From the NCBI GenBank assembly GCA_951406725.2, contig OX597827.1, positions 62,930,001 to 62,994,000 of the forward strand: a stretch of 64,000 bases of DNA, given 5' to 3'. The position numbers were made by a program, and so were the translations under genes. This DNA comes from Octopus vulgaris (Eukaryota). Under the pieces are notes generated by a model. It saw nothing but the letters and a program-made list of their open reading frames with translations. It was not told where the DNA came from and made no database searches. This document shows positions 26,353-46,040 of this stretch, in pieces. Within the stretch, counting starts at the first letter, position 1; every line of letters starts with the position of its first letter.

Positions 26353-27336
26353 GCTTCACCATGACCGCAGTCTAATGATTGAAACAAGTTGAAGACAGAT
26401 AAATGAATAAATAAAATTTTGTACAAGAATAAAATACATGACCATGATAGCGACCACATATTACCCTTATATTACAATCACCTGAAATGAGTGACCTTAC
26501 TTCGTTCTTCGAACAGAAATATCATTTAACCTCTTAACATACACATTATTTTACAATTTCCATTCAAAACATTATATTTATTATTATTATTATTTATTTT
26601 GAATCTGTATATAAGGAAGAATAAGTACAAAAATTATTTTGGATCATTTATGATTTATTAGGAACTTACTGACAGAAATGATAGTTACTGACATTTAATG
26701 TTAGAAAACGAGAATAACAACATGCACGAAGTATTTCGGGTCAGAAATAAGTGACAGATACCTCAGAGGGCACTGAACGTATATTTTCTTTCCAATATGC
26801 ATTTGCTAGACATCTTTAAACGAAAATATATGAGATAATATGCGAAGAGGTTAAATCCCTTTTCGTATAATACATATAAATACGCTGTCTTTCAGCATAC
26901 AAGGCGGATCAGTTTATAGTGTAAACATTTAAACATCATCACAAGTCTTCCGAATTCTGTTGTATTTTACATAGAAATTTTAGTCTCCCAAACATCCCTT
27001 GATGTATAAGTCGACCAACTGTCTTTGGTCTGAAAAGTTCGACTTGTATGCCAGAAAATATGATGTTATAACGGTTGCACATTAAAATATACTACCGTTG
27101 ATTAAGATAAAATTTACGCTGGTCACATCTGGAGACGCCTGATTATACGAATCTGCTGAATGGAGGGTAATAGAGGCCAAATTATAGTGATATGGTTAAG
27201 AATGTTGACTGTTAGCCACGTGGTTTTGAGTTCAGGCTTACTGCTCGGTACCTTGAACGAGCATCAACTATAGCCTCGGACCGACTAATGCCTTGCGAGT
27301 GAATATGGTTGACGGAAGCCCATACTATGTATGTGT

Positions 27337-27612
27337 GGAGGCACATGGCCTAGTGGTTAGAGAAGCGGACTCGCGGTCGAGGGATCGCGGGTTCGAATCT
27401 CAGACCGGGAGATGTGTGTGTTTATGAGCGAAAACACCCAAGCTCCACGCCGCTCCGGCAGAAGATAATGGCGAACTTCTGCTGACTCTTTCGCCACAAC
27501 TTTCTCTCACTCTTTCCTCCTGCATCTTGCAGCTCACCTGCGACGGACCGGCGTCCCGTCCAGGTGGGGAACGTATACGCCAAGGAAACCGGGAAACCGG
27601 CCCTTATGAGCC
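27337..27612 (+). mobile_element. SINE with family-B head and V-domain-like 3' module
   Basis: tRNA-like head with A/B boxes (tggcctagtggtt, ggttcgaatc); tail cctgcgacggaccggcgtcccgtccaggtg. Confidence 0.8.
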
Positions 27613-27772
27613 ACATGTGCATGTGTGGTATGTATCACTCTGCCTGTGTTTGTCGTCCATCAGTGCTTTAACTCGCTGGTTTTCGATCTGAGAACCCTTG
27701 TTTCCGTTCCCGTAACTTAATAGTTCGGTAAAAAGACCACGATGGAATAAATACAAGACAAAAATGAAATAA

Positions 27773-28155
27773 TCTTTATATATAAAAGTGAAGTTGTGTG
27801 TATGTCTCCTACGATTTAGATTCCTAACTACTCCCACATTTTGCGGTGCAGTTTAACCAAAGCCGGGTATCTTATAGTCGTGATTCATATCGAACCCTTC
27901 TGGGTATTAGCGTGCGTCTACGATTAAAAAAAAAATTACCATAATTTTTTTCCATTTTAATGCATTTCTTTCGCTATTATATAAGGGAAGTGACTCTCTA
28001 AAAATATCTACGATGAGTCAACGATTTAAAAAAAAATTTACCATCATTTTTTTCCATTAATGCATTTTTTTGCTATTTTTTTGCTATAACTCTCTAAAAA
28101 TGCTTATATAGTTATTTCCCTTACAAACCCGAGCAACGCCGGGCGATACTGCTAG
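27773..28155 (+). mobile_element. Non-autonomous Helitron
   Basis: A|TCtttatatataaaa 5' end; subterminal hairpin cccgagcaacgccggg; CTAG|T 3' end; no TSD. Confidence 0.85.
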
Positions 28156-28666
28156 TATAAAATAAAACAAAATGAAAAATAAATACTCGGGTCGGATTTT
28201 CCGATTAAAATCTTACAGTAGGGAGTCCCTGCATGGCCGCAGTCCCATGAATGAAGCAAGCCAAAGATAAAATTATATAAGATGGCTATTGTTCTAATAA
28301 CAGTTTATTTTTCATTTAATCTTATTTTTTTGTCGGGAAATTTAATTACACATATTTTTTCTTTTGTTATTGTAATCTTAATATAAATTATGTATCGGAG
28401 CATAATTGTATTTACAGCATGTATTGCTTATATTACTGATGTTATTTGTGGTTGTGGTTTATGTTCTAATATTAATCATTATTGTCATTATATATTAGCC
28501 TGAATATATATTTACATTAACTTTGATGCTTTTACATATAACATTCATAGGCCACTCACACACTTACCTATATGTATACACGCCTGCAGAGCACACACAG
28601 ACAAACACACATATCTGTGTGTGTGGTTATTGGTTTCTATATGTAATTTTACATATATAAATGCAC

Positions 28667-31012
<2,346 letters not shown>

Positions 31013-31267
31013 TCTATCGTGTTTTTCTCGGTTTATCGATTTGAACCTGTGACTCGTGTAATAATCGAATGTTCTGGAAAATAAGCGAGATCGATGAATT
31101 TTTGCAAAGATCTGACGAAGAGAGCAGAATAACGCTGCATACATTTTGTTCTTCATTTTTGATCGTCTTTTTTAGTTTTGTTTTTGTTTTTTGTTTTGTC
31201 ACCTCATGAAAATGTATTGGCTGCTTTCTATCATATATATTTTTATATATGTGCCTAAGTGTTTGTA

Positions 31268-31308
<41 letters not shown>

Positions 31309-31859
31309 TGATATATATACACACACGTTTATATGTATACACATGTGTGTGTGTTGTGTGTGTGTGTGTGTGAGAGAGAGAGTTTCTGAATCCATTAGCA
31401 GTACTCTTCAGTTTCCGAGCATATACGAGTCTTCAGAGGGCAACTGTACGGAAACATCAACAATTCCTGTTGAAGATAATAGCTGGATAATAAAATCCCG
31501 TATTCCACTATCTATATGGTTTTCGCTTTAATAAGTACAAAGCCTTAAAGTTTGGAGAATGGGCTAGTCGATCACATCGACACCAGTACTCGATAGATGA
31601 TAGTTGAACTCAGAACGTAAAGCTGGAGACACACCGTTAAGCATTTTGGCTGATATGCTAACGATTCTGCCAGCGCACTGCATTTTATCTTCGCTTTGGC
31701 TGAAGTTAAGCTTTGTTCAACAAAAGATTACCTAAATACAAGGGAAGCTCAAATAAAACATTAGTTACGATCAAGGGAAGAAACTATAAGAACATCCATC
31801 TGACTAATGAGTGAATAAAAATATAAAAATGGATATTCTTTAATTCTTCTGTATTGTTA

Positions 31860-32315
31860 TTTTGTTTCAGTCGTTCGACTGCGTCCATGCTGGAGCACCG
31901 CTTTTTAGTTGAACAAATTGAGTGAAGGACTTATTCTTTGTAAGCCTAATACTTATTTTATCGGTCTCTTTTGCCGAGCTGCTAAGTTACGGGGACGTAA
32001 ACACACCAGCATCGGTTGCCAAGCGATCGTAGTGAGAAAAAAACACAGACACACAAGCACACAAACAGATATATATATACGATGGGTTTCTTTCAGTTTC
32101 CGTCTACCAAATCCACTCACAAGCCTTTGGTTGGCCCAAAGCTATAGCAGAAGACACTTGCCCAAGGTGCTACGCAGTGGAACGGAACCCAGAACTATGT
32201 GGTTGGCAAGCAAGCTACTTACCACACAGCCACTCCTGCACCTACTTACCACACAGCCACTCCTGCGCCCACTTATCCCACAGTAACTCCTGTGCCTGCT
32301 TACCACACAGCCACT

Positions 32316-32318
<3 letters not shown>
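31860..32318 (-). mobile_element. SINE family C with its 5' end tandemly reiterated
   Basis: cttaccacacagccactcct repeated about four times at 32218-32318. Confidence 0.88.
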
Positions 32319-32369
<51 letters not shown>

Positions 32370-32454
32370 CTAATGTAGAATAAAATTTTTTCGGGAAAAA
32401 AACTTTTATCAATGGCCAGCATATCAAAAAGTACCTTTAAAGGTTAAATTTATA

Positions 32455-32604
32455 AATAATTTACAAGATAAGGGCAGAAGAAAAATTCTAATGCCAAATA
32501 TGTCGTAACAAAAAATTGTCGAGACGCATAAATTATAATGGTTATCGACAATTATTTGTTTCGGCATATTTGGCATAAGAATTTTTCTTCTGCCCTTATC
32601 TTGT

Positions 32605-32611
<7 letters not shown>
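32455..32611. repeat. Fold-back, ~65-bp arms, abutting (TA)n
   Basis: ataatttacaagataagggcagaagaaaaattc...tgtcga / tcgacaat...gaatttttcttctgcccttatcttgtaaattat. Confidence 0.92.
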
Positions 32612-32647
<36 letters not shown>

Positions 32648-33283
32648 TTGAAAAATTTAACAAAAAAAAAAAAAAAGGAAACATTACAAACATATAACCA
32701 GAAAATTATTGTTCACTTTTGGTGGCACCAGTAGCAAAAAGCTATTGGGAATAGCTTACAAATGTATAGGACAATGACGAAAAAAAAAACATATAATAAA
32801 ACATACATATAAAACAAAAAATAATAAAAAAGCCGCCTTAGAGTTCGTTTACGGGAAACGTTTTGGATATACATGCGAAAGCTCTTATTTTATTATGCCG
32901 GCTACAGCCTAATCATACCAAATGGCAATACTAGCTTTTTGGGGTCGCACAGAGCTGTACCGATGTAATGTAGGATAAATATAATAATAACAATAACAAA
33001 CATTGATGGAATTGATAAATATTCTAATGCATCGCTACACACGTTTGCACACGTCACGTGTTTCTTATGCTCATAGTCAGTTACACATCTATTAATGCTA
33101 CATCGCCCAGTGGAAATGAATGGATCACCATGATCTACCTGCTGTCCACGGATGCGATGGACTGCATTGTAATCATCCCAGGAATATAAACTATGATCTT
33201 AAGAAATATTTGATTTGCAGAAACACACTTCGCGATGCATTAAAACATTAATAAATTTATTATTATTATTATTATTATTATTG

Positions 33284-33314
<31 letters not shown>

Positions 33315-33339
33315 TATTATTACTATTATTATTATTACT

Positions 33340-33848
<509 letters not shown>

Positions 33849-33868
33849 TAGAGAACCGCTGTTGAAGC

Positions 33869-33914
<46 letters not shown>

Positions 33915-33974
33915 GCTGTTGTTGTTGTTATTATTATTACTATGTATATATATATATATATATGTACATATATA

Positions 33975-34182
33975 AACTTTTGGTTAGTTAAAATATGTTT
34001 GTGACATATTCCAACTGCTAAAAGGCAAATTCACTGCAGCTGCTGTAGAGTAAAATTCTCTCTAATAGTAAAAGACAAATGAGGGAAAATACCATATCTG
34101 CCCAGAACTGCATTAACTTCGGTGAGTTTGCCTTTTAGCAGATCAAATATGTCACAAACGAATTTTAACTAACCTAAAATTT
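33975..34182. repeat. Fold-back element, ~65-bp imperfect arms, between (TA)n; the same family occurs at 56780-56870 and 57110-57195
   Basis: ggttagttaaaatatgtttgtgacatatt..ctgctaaaaggcaaa / tttgccttttagcag..aatatgtcacaaac..ttttaactaacc. Confidence 0.85.
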
Positions 34183-34222
34183 TTCCATGACTAAACAGTG
34201 CTTGGTGTTGACATTACAGTAA

Positions 34223-34297
<75 letters not shown>

Positions 34298-34641
34298 TAT
34301 ATGGGTGCAGGACGTCACCAACGCTGCAAATAACATAAAATACGTAAACAATACGTAGGTCGGGTATATAATAGCACTTGCTAAAAATCAGAACCCTTGC
34401 TCCAAAAACCAGCATAAAATTACGATAAAGGCACATACAAGCAAGGCAATGAACATTTCAGATATAGGCTTACCTTTGCTTTGAATACATTGATAAGTAA
34501 TACACATTTCAATACGAATTTGTAAGTTTTCCTTAAAAGAAAGTCCAAGGAAAATTTATGGGATGCAGTGTATAATACTGTAACTTCAGTTGAATACCAT
34601 ATAAGCATTGGTATAATTCAATTATGAAGATAAATTAAATG

Positions 34642-35135
34642 TAGAGATATTCAACTGACAATGCAATAATTTATTTATATTACAATATTACATTAACTAC
34701 TTTGGATATAATATATAACATAATATTATACAACATAAATAATTATAAAAGTCATAAAAGGCCAACAAATTGTTTCAATACATAATCACAGTTCCATTAT
34801 ATATAAAGTCACTTCAGGGTCTTGGCTTTAGAAAAAGACGAAATTCTAAAGCCAAGACCCATTTCTATACATTGCTTTAGTCGGTTTTTGCAGGAGTGCT
34901 GACTGGAGAAACCAGTCAGATTTCTAAATCCTCTTTAATCTAGAATATATATAATGGGACTGTGATTATGTATATAAGAAAAAAAATTATAAGTCGAAAC
35001 AATTTGTTGGCCTTTTATAGTTTTTATAATTATTTATGTTATATAATATCATGTTATGTTATATATTGTATTCACAATATTTAATAAAATATTGTAATAT
35101 AAATAAATTATTGGATTGTCAGTTGAATATCTCTA
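34642..35135. repeat. Nested fold-back: ~160-bp outer arms and a perfect 17-bp inner hairpin (34817-34860)
   Basis: tagagatattcaactgacaat.../...attgtcagttgaatatctcta; gggtcttggctttagaa / ttctaaagccaagaccc. Confidence 0.88.
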
Positions 35136-35149
35136 TATTTATTTTATCT

Positions 35150-35220
<71 letters not shown>

Positions 35221-35652
35221 CACTGCTTGTCCGTAAAATTTTCGCCACTCATCCGGCTGCTGCAGCGATTAAATGTATGGAGGACAACGACCGGAAGCCA
35301 TATTGAATTGCACTAACCTGTACGTCAACTTTATTGTATATGAAAAGTGTCGTGTTGCAAGTTGTGTGAACAAGTAGCTTTGAAATCCCACCGAGCCTTT
35401 GCGGACACTCTATATCTTTTATATTTTATGTTTTGCATTCTTCAGCCACTGGACTTCGGCCATGCTGGGGCACCTACTTGAAGAATTTTTAGTCGACTGA
35501 ATCAACACCAGTACTTAATTTTCGTGAAGCCTGTTACTTATCCTATCGGTTCTCTTTTGGCGAACAGCTATGTTAAAGGGACGTAAACACGCCAACACTG
35601 GTTGTGGAGCGGTGCTGAGAGACATACACAAACACACACACACACACACAAC

Positions 35653-35683
<31 letters not shown>

Positions 35684-35903
35684 TACATCCTTTCTACTAA
35701 AGACACAAGACCTTATACTTGTGAGGGGCGGACTACTCGATTACATCTACTGCAATGTTTCACTAGTACTTAATTTATCGACCCCAAAATGATGAAAGGC
35801 GAAGTTTACCTCTACGGAATATAAACACAGGACATTGCGAAAGACGATATACTGCTGAGCATTTCGCCCGGCATGCTAACGATTCTGCCTGCTCATCGCC
35901 TTA

Positions 35904-35958
<55 letters not shown>

Positions 35959-36043
35959 ATCAAAAAAATTTTGTAGAATTCTTTTGCCACCAGCGGCCTA
36001 GTAGGAAAAAATTAAATAGTCATAGACCATTTTTAGGTTCAAC

Positions 36044-36188
36044 ATCAACAATCAAGGAACGGCCATAATAGGCCGTTCACCCACTAGAAATAACAGCCAA
36101 AGCTTCAACCGCAAATAATTTGCGGTTGAAGCTTTGGCTGTTATTTCTAGTGGGTGAACGGCCTATTATGGCCGTTCCTTGATTGTTG

Positions 36189-36190
<2 letters not shown>
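36044..36190. repeat. Essentially perfect ~147-bp palindrome abutting (TA)n; a single arm occurs at 9800-9875
   Basis: atcaacaatcaaggaacggccataataggccgttc...ccgcaaat-a-atttgcgg...gaacggcctattatggccgttccttgattgttgat. Confidence 0.95.
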
Positions 36191-36223
<33 letters not shown>

Positions 36224-36264
36224 AATATGATATATATATCTATATCTATCTATCTCTCTTTCTC

Positions 36265-36326
<62 letters not shown>

Positions 36327-37137
36327 CGCATATATGACGAGATTGTTCCAGTTTCCGTTAACCAAAGTCTTTAGTATGATCACAACTGTCCGACGAACGG
36401 TAGCCTGAAATTCCAAGTAACAGATTGTAAAGAATTTTTTGGGTTTTAATAAAAATACATATGTTTGTATGTATGTATGTATGTATGTATGCATGTATGT
36501 ATGAAAATTTAGATATGTACACACACGGAATTGAGCGCGTTTCGGGCGTGTTTCCCTGTGTGTGTCTGGGGTGGAGGTACGTGTATACTAATTTAAATAT
36601 GAAGAGGAAATTAACATAAATAACGATATTATATCATGCTTCCAGAATACTGGAGTGCGTACCAATTAAATACGATGGATTACTTAGCGTCTAAGTAAAT
36701 GGATAAATGGAAAGATAAATAATTAATTAAATGCCAAATATATTAATAAAAGATAAACATCTTCACAGAATTTGCTAAATATACAGATAGAAGTCTAATT
36801 TAATATTTCAATCACAATTAAAAGCAGTGTGGCCGAAAACATCGGGGTTACATACAGTAGTTTAGGGAAATATGAAAGGGATTATATTGAGGAATATATT
36901 AAAGTCTTCGCAGAGAGAATTAATTATTGGACAGTCCGGTTTTACAGAGTTTTCATAATATCTACTATAATAATATTCCTGTGTTTTTCTCTGTCACAAT
37001 ATATGAACGAGAAAGGAAGGGGTGATAGATGAATAACGAAAGAAGGGGTGATGGCAAACTTGGTTAGTGGGATGATGGAAGTTCTATGGTCAAAAAAAAT
37101 CTAACAACGTTTCAACTTTGTGTGAGTATATGTGTGA

Positions 37138-37367
37138 GGCGGCGAGCTTGCAGAAACGTTAGCACGCCGGCCAAACTGCGTTGCCGTATTTCGTCTGCCG
37201 TTACGTTCCGAGTTCAAATTCCGCCGAGGTCGACTTTGCCTTTCATCCTTCCGGGGTCGATAAATTAAGTACCAGTTACGCACTGGGGTCGATGAAATCG
37301 ACTTAATCCGTTTGTCTGTCCTTGTTTGTCTCCTCTGTGTTTAGCCCCTTGTGGGTAGTAAAGAAAT
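37138..37367 (+). mobile_element. SINE family A
   Basis: Near-consensus full copy. Confidence 0.93.
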
Positions 37368-38341
37368 ATATATGTATGTGTTTGTATATAGGGTTGTATG
37401 TGAATATTTGTGTGTGTGTATGTGCGATAGAAGTGGGATAATGAACATTCAATGCTGAAAAGAAAAATCAAGCAGCCTTTCAACTCTGTGTGCGTATGTG
37501 TGTGTGTTTGCGTGTTGAAGGGAAGTATGTGAATGTATGTGTGAACCAGCGTTCTTTCAGAAACAAACGATGATCGCTGTTACATCTCAAAAGACAACCA
37601 CTAGATAACATTGACAAGTGTATAAATTTGATTTACCATCCATATTCTGTTTTGTTTTGTTAAAAATAAGTATTACAATCACACACACTTACACAAACTC
37701 ATTAGAGAAAATAACAATTGCCTAAGTGTATCAAGAATATAAAACGACTGCAGTTGAAAGGTATATAATAAATTTGTTAATAAAGGAATTATTAAACTAA
37801 AAACTTGGTTTTGTACCTTATTTATATATTAAATACTACAAGTAGCCGTCATTTTTGACGACACGGGGCCTGTTAGTTATATAATATTGGATAATGTTGG
37901 CTTCTCGGGTGAGTAAGGCATGCACCTCTACCATTCCACAGTACTGATTTGGTGGAATTATTGTGTTGCTGCCAGACTGCATGCCTTACTGTATCTATTC
38001 TGGCTCTTCCTGGTCACTGGGCGACGTCTAAGAAAGCAACTGTTGTAGGCTTATCAAGCTGTGTTGCCGCTTAGTTTCTCTTTTAACACTCTTACTGATG
38101 TTAAAAATGGACACTTGAATACAAAACGGACGACGGGGCTGCTATTAAGCTATATCTTGCAGAGGTCTATTCCTTGTGAAAGGACTTTCCAGGAGCTGAT
38201 CCAAGATCTCACAAGAAATAAATCTTTATTCCCATCTACTCTTGAAATTCGTTTAACATTGTTAACGTTTACACTACGCGATGTTTACGCTTTCATATAC
38301 TTATTTTATTCCATTGTTCTTTCCCGCATAAATCAGACATA

Positions 38342-38386
<45 letters not shown>

Positions 38387-38516
38387 TTCGTAACCGATAT
38401 GTTAAATTAAATCTTTGCATCTATTCTGGCTCCTTCTGTTCGCTGGGCAACATCTATGAAAGCAATTGTTCCAGGCTTATCAATCTCTGTTGGCGTTTGG
38501 TTTCTCTTTTAACACA

Positions 38517-38586
38517 GGCATATGGCCTAGTGGTTAAGAGCGCGGGCTACTAACTCCAAGATTCCGAGTTCGATTCCAGGCAGTGA

Positions 38587-38640
<54 letters not shown>

Positions 38641-38812
38641 CAACAACAACAACAACAACAACAACGACAACATCGAAAAATACCTTAGGAATGAGAACCC
38701 AGGTTCGAAATTTCCCAAGACACCCGTTGAAGGCTGGAAGGTATATCAGCTGAAACGGTGGGTTAAAAACAAACAAGATGAGGGCAAATATCCGTTAAAT
38801 CTAGATAATGTA
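38517..38812 (+). mobile_element. SINE-like element: tRNA-like head, (AAT)n(AAC)n, then a tail with a decayed hammerhead-like motif
   Basis: A box tggcctagtggtt, B box gagttcgattcc, acceptor stem incomplete; tail acac-ccgttga-aggctg..cagct-gaaa-cggt. Confidence 0.6.
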
Positions 38813-39913
38813 CCTATGTTGAATTATTGAGGAATCTACAGCTACTCTATCCAGATTACCAGTTCAGGTTTATACCTGTAATTATTGGGGCACTAGGATA
38901 TGTATAATACTGCCTAAATACTAATCTTGAGAAATCAGGCTCCTCAAAACCAGAAAGGGGAAAACTGATACGAAGACCACAGATCCAATCCATCACTGAA
39001 ACTGTAAAGTTTTCCAGAAGTTTATTATTTTAGTATATGCGAGCATGTCTAGATATGCAACTACATGTATGAGAACATGTACATAAAACAAAACATACAT
39101 ATCTGCACATATACATATATGCATACACACATTCATATAAAAATACGTTGTTGTTCAACAATGTGCGCGAAGATTTGTGGAAAATAAGATTAACAACGGT
39201 GAAGGAGGAAACCAATAACGACTTCAAATTTTGGCACAAGGCCAGCAGTTTCGGGAGAGAGGCAAGCTGATTGCATCGACGCCTCAGTACACAGCTGGTA
39301 CTTATTTTATCGATTCCTAAAGGCAAAGACAACCTCGCCGGAATCTGAGCTCAAAACGTGAACATGGACGAAATACCCCTATGCATTTCGTTCGGGGTGT
39401 TAGCAATTCTGCCAGCTCTCCACCTTAAAGGAGGAAACTAATATTAAATGAAGTAAAATAGAGGTGAAAAGAAAATTGGTTGTAAAAGAAAAACGATGGA
39501 GGGGTAGAAAATAGTTGTAAAGGAAGAAAATGAGCCGGGAATAAAATGGCGATTATCAAAATGAATGGTGTAAAAATAGTTAAAAACATAAAGATGAAGA
39601 ATGAAGATTGGTAGATGGTATGAGAAAAAATATCAATGAATGATCGATGAAGCTATGATACGATCGATAGAAAGAGTCGCAAGATAGAAGATGGATTTTA
39701 TAATTTGTAGTAGAGGTGGGTGGAGATAGATAGATAGATAGAGAGAGAGACAGAGAAGAGAAAGAAAGAAAGCAGGTGATCTAAAGAGAAAATAGAGAGA
39801 GAAGGTGTAGGAGGAAGAAAAAAGAGAGGGGGTAAGAATTGGATGCCGGTGAAGAAGAAGAAGAAGAAGAAGAAGAAGAAGACGATGACGACGACGACGA
39901 TGACGACGGCGAC

Positions 39914-39995
<82 letters not shown>

Positions 39996-40954
39996 ATGAC
40001 ATAGAAGTAGAAACTTCGAAAATACATGAAGAAACAAAGACTAAAATGTTGAAACCGATGATTGAGAATGAAGAAACATCATTTGTAATATAGACGAAGA
40101 AGCAAACAAGACACAGAGATATTATTTTGACGAAGACATAAGTCAGAATATAAAAACAACACATGAGTAGAGTTACGAAGCGCTGATGGAAATATACAAT
40201 CTCAAGACCGTTTTCTGATCCTGTGAAGATTTCTCACTTCAGTTTATCTTGTAGAAAAAAGTTCCCGTTTGAAACAAAAGTAAAAAAAATACGTATTAAA
40301 ACACTATTGTCAGCTCAAAGCGCTCTATACTGGGCTAGTGGATGCATTTCGAAATATTTTGTTCTCTTCAGTACCAGATAGCCAGAGAATTAACTTTGAT
40401 TTGATTACGAAGTGAAGCTTGATTCATCATACACCAGTAAATATTGTTTACTTATTGTGCGCATAGTCTACCAGGCTAGAACAAATACGTGAGTAGAAAG
40501 GCAAAGTAGTAACAGAGAGAGTACAAACCTCAGGCTATGGTACTATAACGGCTTTTTTTCTGAAGATTACAGATTATAAAAAAGACTACAGATTCAAATA
40601 TGCCTGAAACCTATTTGAACTGATTTCATGTTTGTATAAAGAAAAGAGTATAAATAAAACAGAAACTAAAAGAGAATAGACACTATGATAAAAGCAATAA
40701 AAATGAAAACGTTACCTATAACTAGAATAAGTTTGGGTTTCACGATGCATCTCTTGGAAGGAGCGGGATGTATCATCAGAGACATCTCTGGAGTATAGGC
40801 AGTTTCATTGTCAGAACCGCTTAGCCACTTGATCCAATCGAGATTGATCAACTCCTGGCGAACCTTCTAGCGATAACAATTCACGAGTCTACCCTCTTTA
40901 TCTAAAGCAATCTAAGAGGATCTAAGAGCAATCTAAGCAATCTAAAGCAATCGT

Positions 40955-41334
40955 GGAGGCGCAATGGCCCAGTGGTTAGGGCAGCGGACTCGCGGTCGTA
41001 GGATCGCGGTTTCGATTCCCAGATCGGGCGTTGTGAGTGTTTATTGAGCGAAAACACCTAAAGCTCCACGATGCTCCGACAGGGATGGTGGTGATCCCTG
41101 CTGTACTCTTTCACCACAACTTTCTCTCACTCGTACTTCCTGTAAATGTTGTGCCTGTATTTCAAAGGGCCGGCCTTGTCACTCTCTGTGTCACGCTGAA
41201 TATCCCCGAGAACTGCGTTAAGGGTACACGTGTCTGTGGAGTGCTCAGCCACTTACACGTTAATTTCACGAGCAGGCTGTTCCGTTGATCGGATCAACCG
41301 GAACCCTCGTCGTCGTAACCGACGGAGTGCTTCC
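40955..41334 (+). mobile_element. SINE family B, full length
   Basis: tRNA-Arg-like head ggaggcgcaatggcccagtggttagggcagcggactcgcgg; tail accgacggagtgcttcc. Confidence 0.95.
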
Positions 41335-42569
41335 CCTCTTAAGAGCTATCTCTGCAGCTTCAGTGTTTCAGTGCTCCGCTAGCTAAATAGTGTTAGTAAC
41401 CTAAACACTGTTTACGCAATGAGCGTTTCATATATTTCCAGCTGTTCAGCTTACACCTTAAAAAGAGGCCCACAAGCTTTGGTATTCTGAACCGCTCTAA
41501 AAGTTCATGAAATAAATAGCGTTGGTGTGTTGTGCTTGCATAATAAGAAAGAAAACAATAGGTTCTTTTACGTTTCGGGCTGCGATCTTTCGTCTAGATG
41601 AAAAGCGGGATTCTTAACGGATGGAAATGGAAGGCCAAGATAAGTCAAAGACATAATTATAATGATTGTGAAGTGGGAAAATGAAATAAAGTATTGAGAA
41701 GAATTACGAAATCAGGTAAAAGAACTACAGTGAAGACAAATTATATTGTACAATAATTGTGAGAAAATATAGAAATAAATAGAAATTAAAATAAAAATGG
41801 GAAGAAATTGGACGAAGGAGGAAGAATAAAGTAGACGAAATAAACAGAATGTGGAAGCTAATTAAAAATAAAACGGAAAATGAAAATGAAGTTGGCGGGT
41901 ATAACAAGATGGAAAAATTATCATGAATTGTAGAGGAGAATACAGAATAAGAACATGAGAGCGAACAAAAGAAAGAAGGAAGAAATTGAACGAAGAAATT
42001 AGAAGAATGAAGAAATTTTGATGAACACGTTAGAAGAATACATATGAAGAATATAGAAGGAGGGGAAATGAAGACTGAAATAGAATGAAGAATAAAGAAA
42101 GAAACTAAAAAATAAATAAAAACAAGCAGGAAAGTAAAGAAAATGAAAAAAAAAAGAAAAAATGGAAAAGAACGAGGAGGAGAAGAAGAAGAGGAGAAGA
42201 AGAAAAAGAAGAAGAAGAAGAACAACAACAACAACAAAAACAACGTTAGTAACGAGAATAACGGCAGACTTAACAGCAGTACCACAAGAAAGAAAAAAAA
42301 AATTAGCAAAACCAAAAAGAAGGAAAGAAAGAAAGGAAAAGAAGAAGAAGAAGAAAATGAAGAAGAGAAAGAAGAAGAGACAGAAGAAGAGAAAGAAGAA
42401 AGCGCGTACAGAAGAAATGGCGGCAACTAGCCGATCGTGTGCAATTGCTTGCTTCAACGAAGCATTTGTCTCTGATGTCGAAGCTAATTAGGCGATCGTG
42501 TGTGAGGCACAGTCTGAAGGTGCATTGATCCGCTGCTTGCAGATTGACGACTGGCTTGCAGCAAAGATA

Positions 42570-46040
<3,471 letters not shown>

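Larger units (their letters stand above)
27190..28270 (+). mobile_element. Old SINE family C hosting two nested insertions
   Basis: Consensus segments at 27190-27330, 27615-27770 and 28160-28270. Confidence 0.65.

Noticed and set aside
31400-31440. Minus-strand CTGAAGA...GAAA motif
   Set aside because: Stem II does not pair and there is no NUH/stem III
32218-32318. CRISPR-like short repeats
   Set aside because: Eukaryotic context, no unique spacers; a slippage duplication of a SINE 5' end
37480-37878. Possible third Helitron (hairpin ccgtcatttttgacg near ttagt)
   Set aside because: 3' end lacks a clean CTAG and no 5' TC end was identified
40666-40851. 61-aa ORF in unique sequence
   Set aside because: Non-ATG start, no recognisable homology or splice support
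40955-41030. tRNA genes at SINE heads (also 27337, 38517, 62538)
   Set aside because: Acceptor stems do not close and each continues into a multi-copy SINE body
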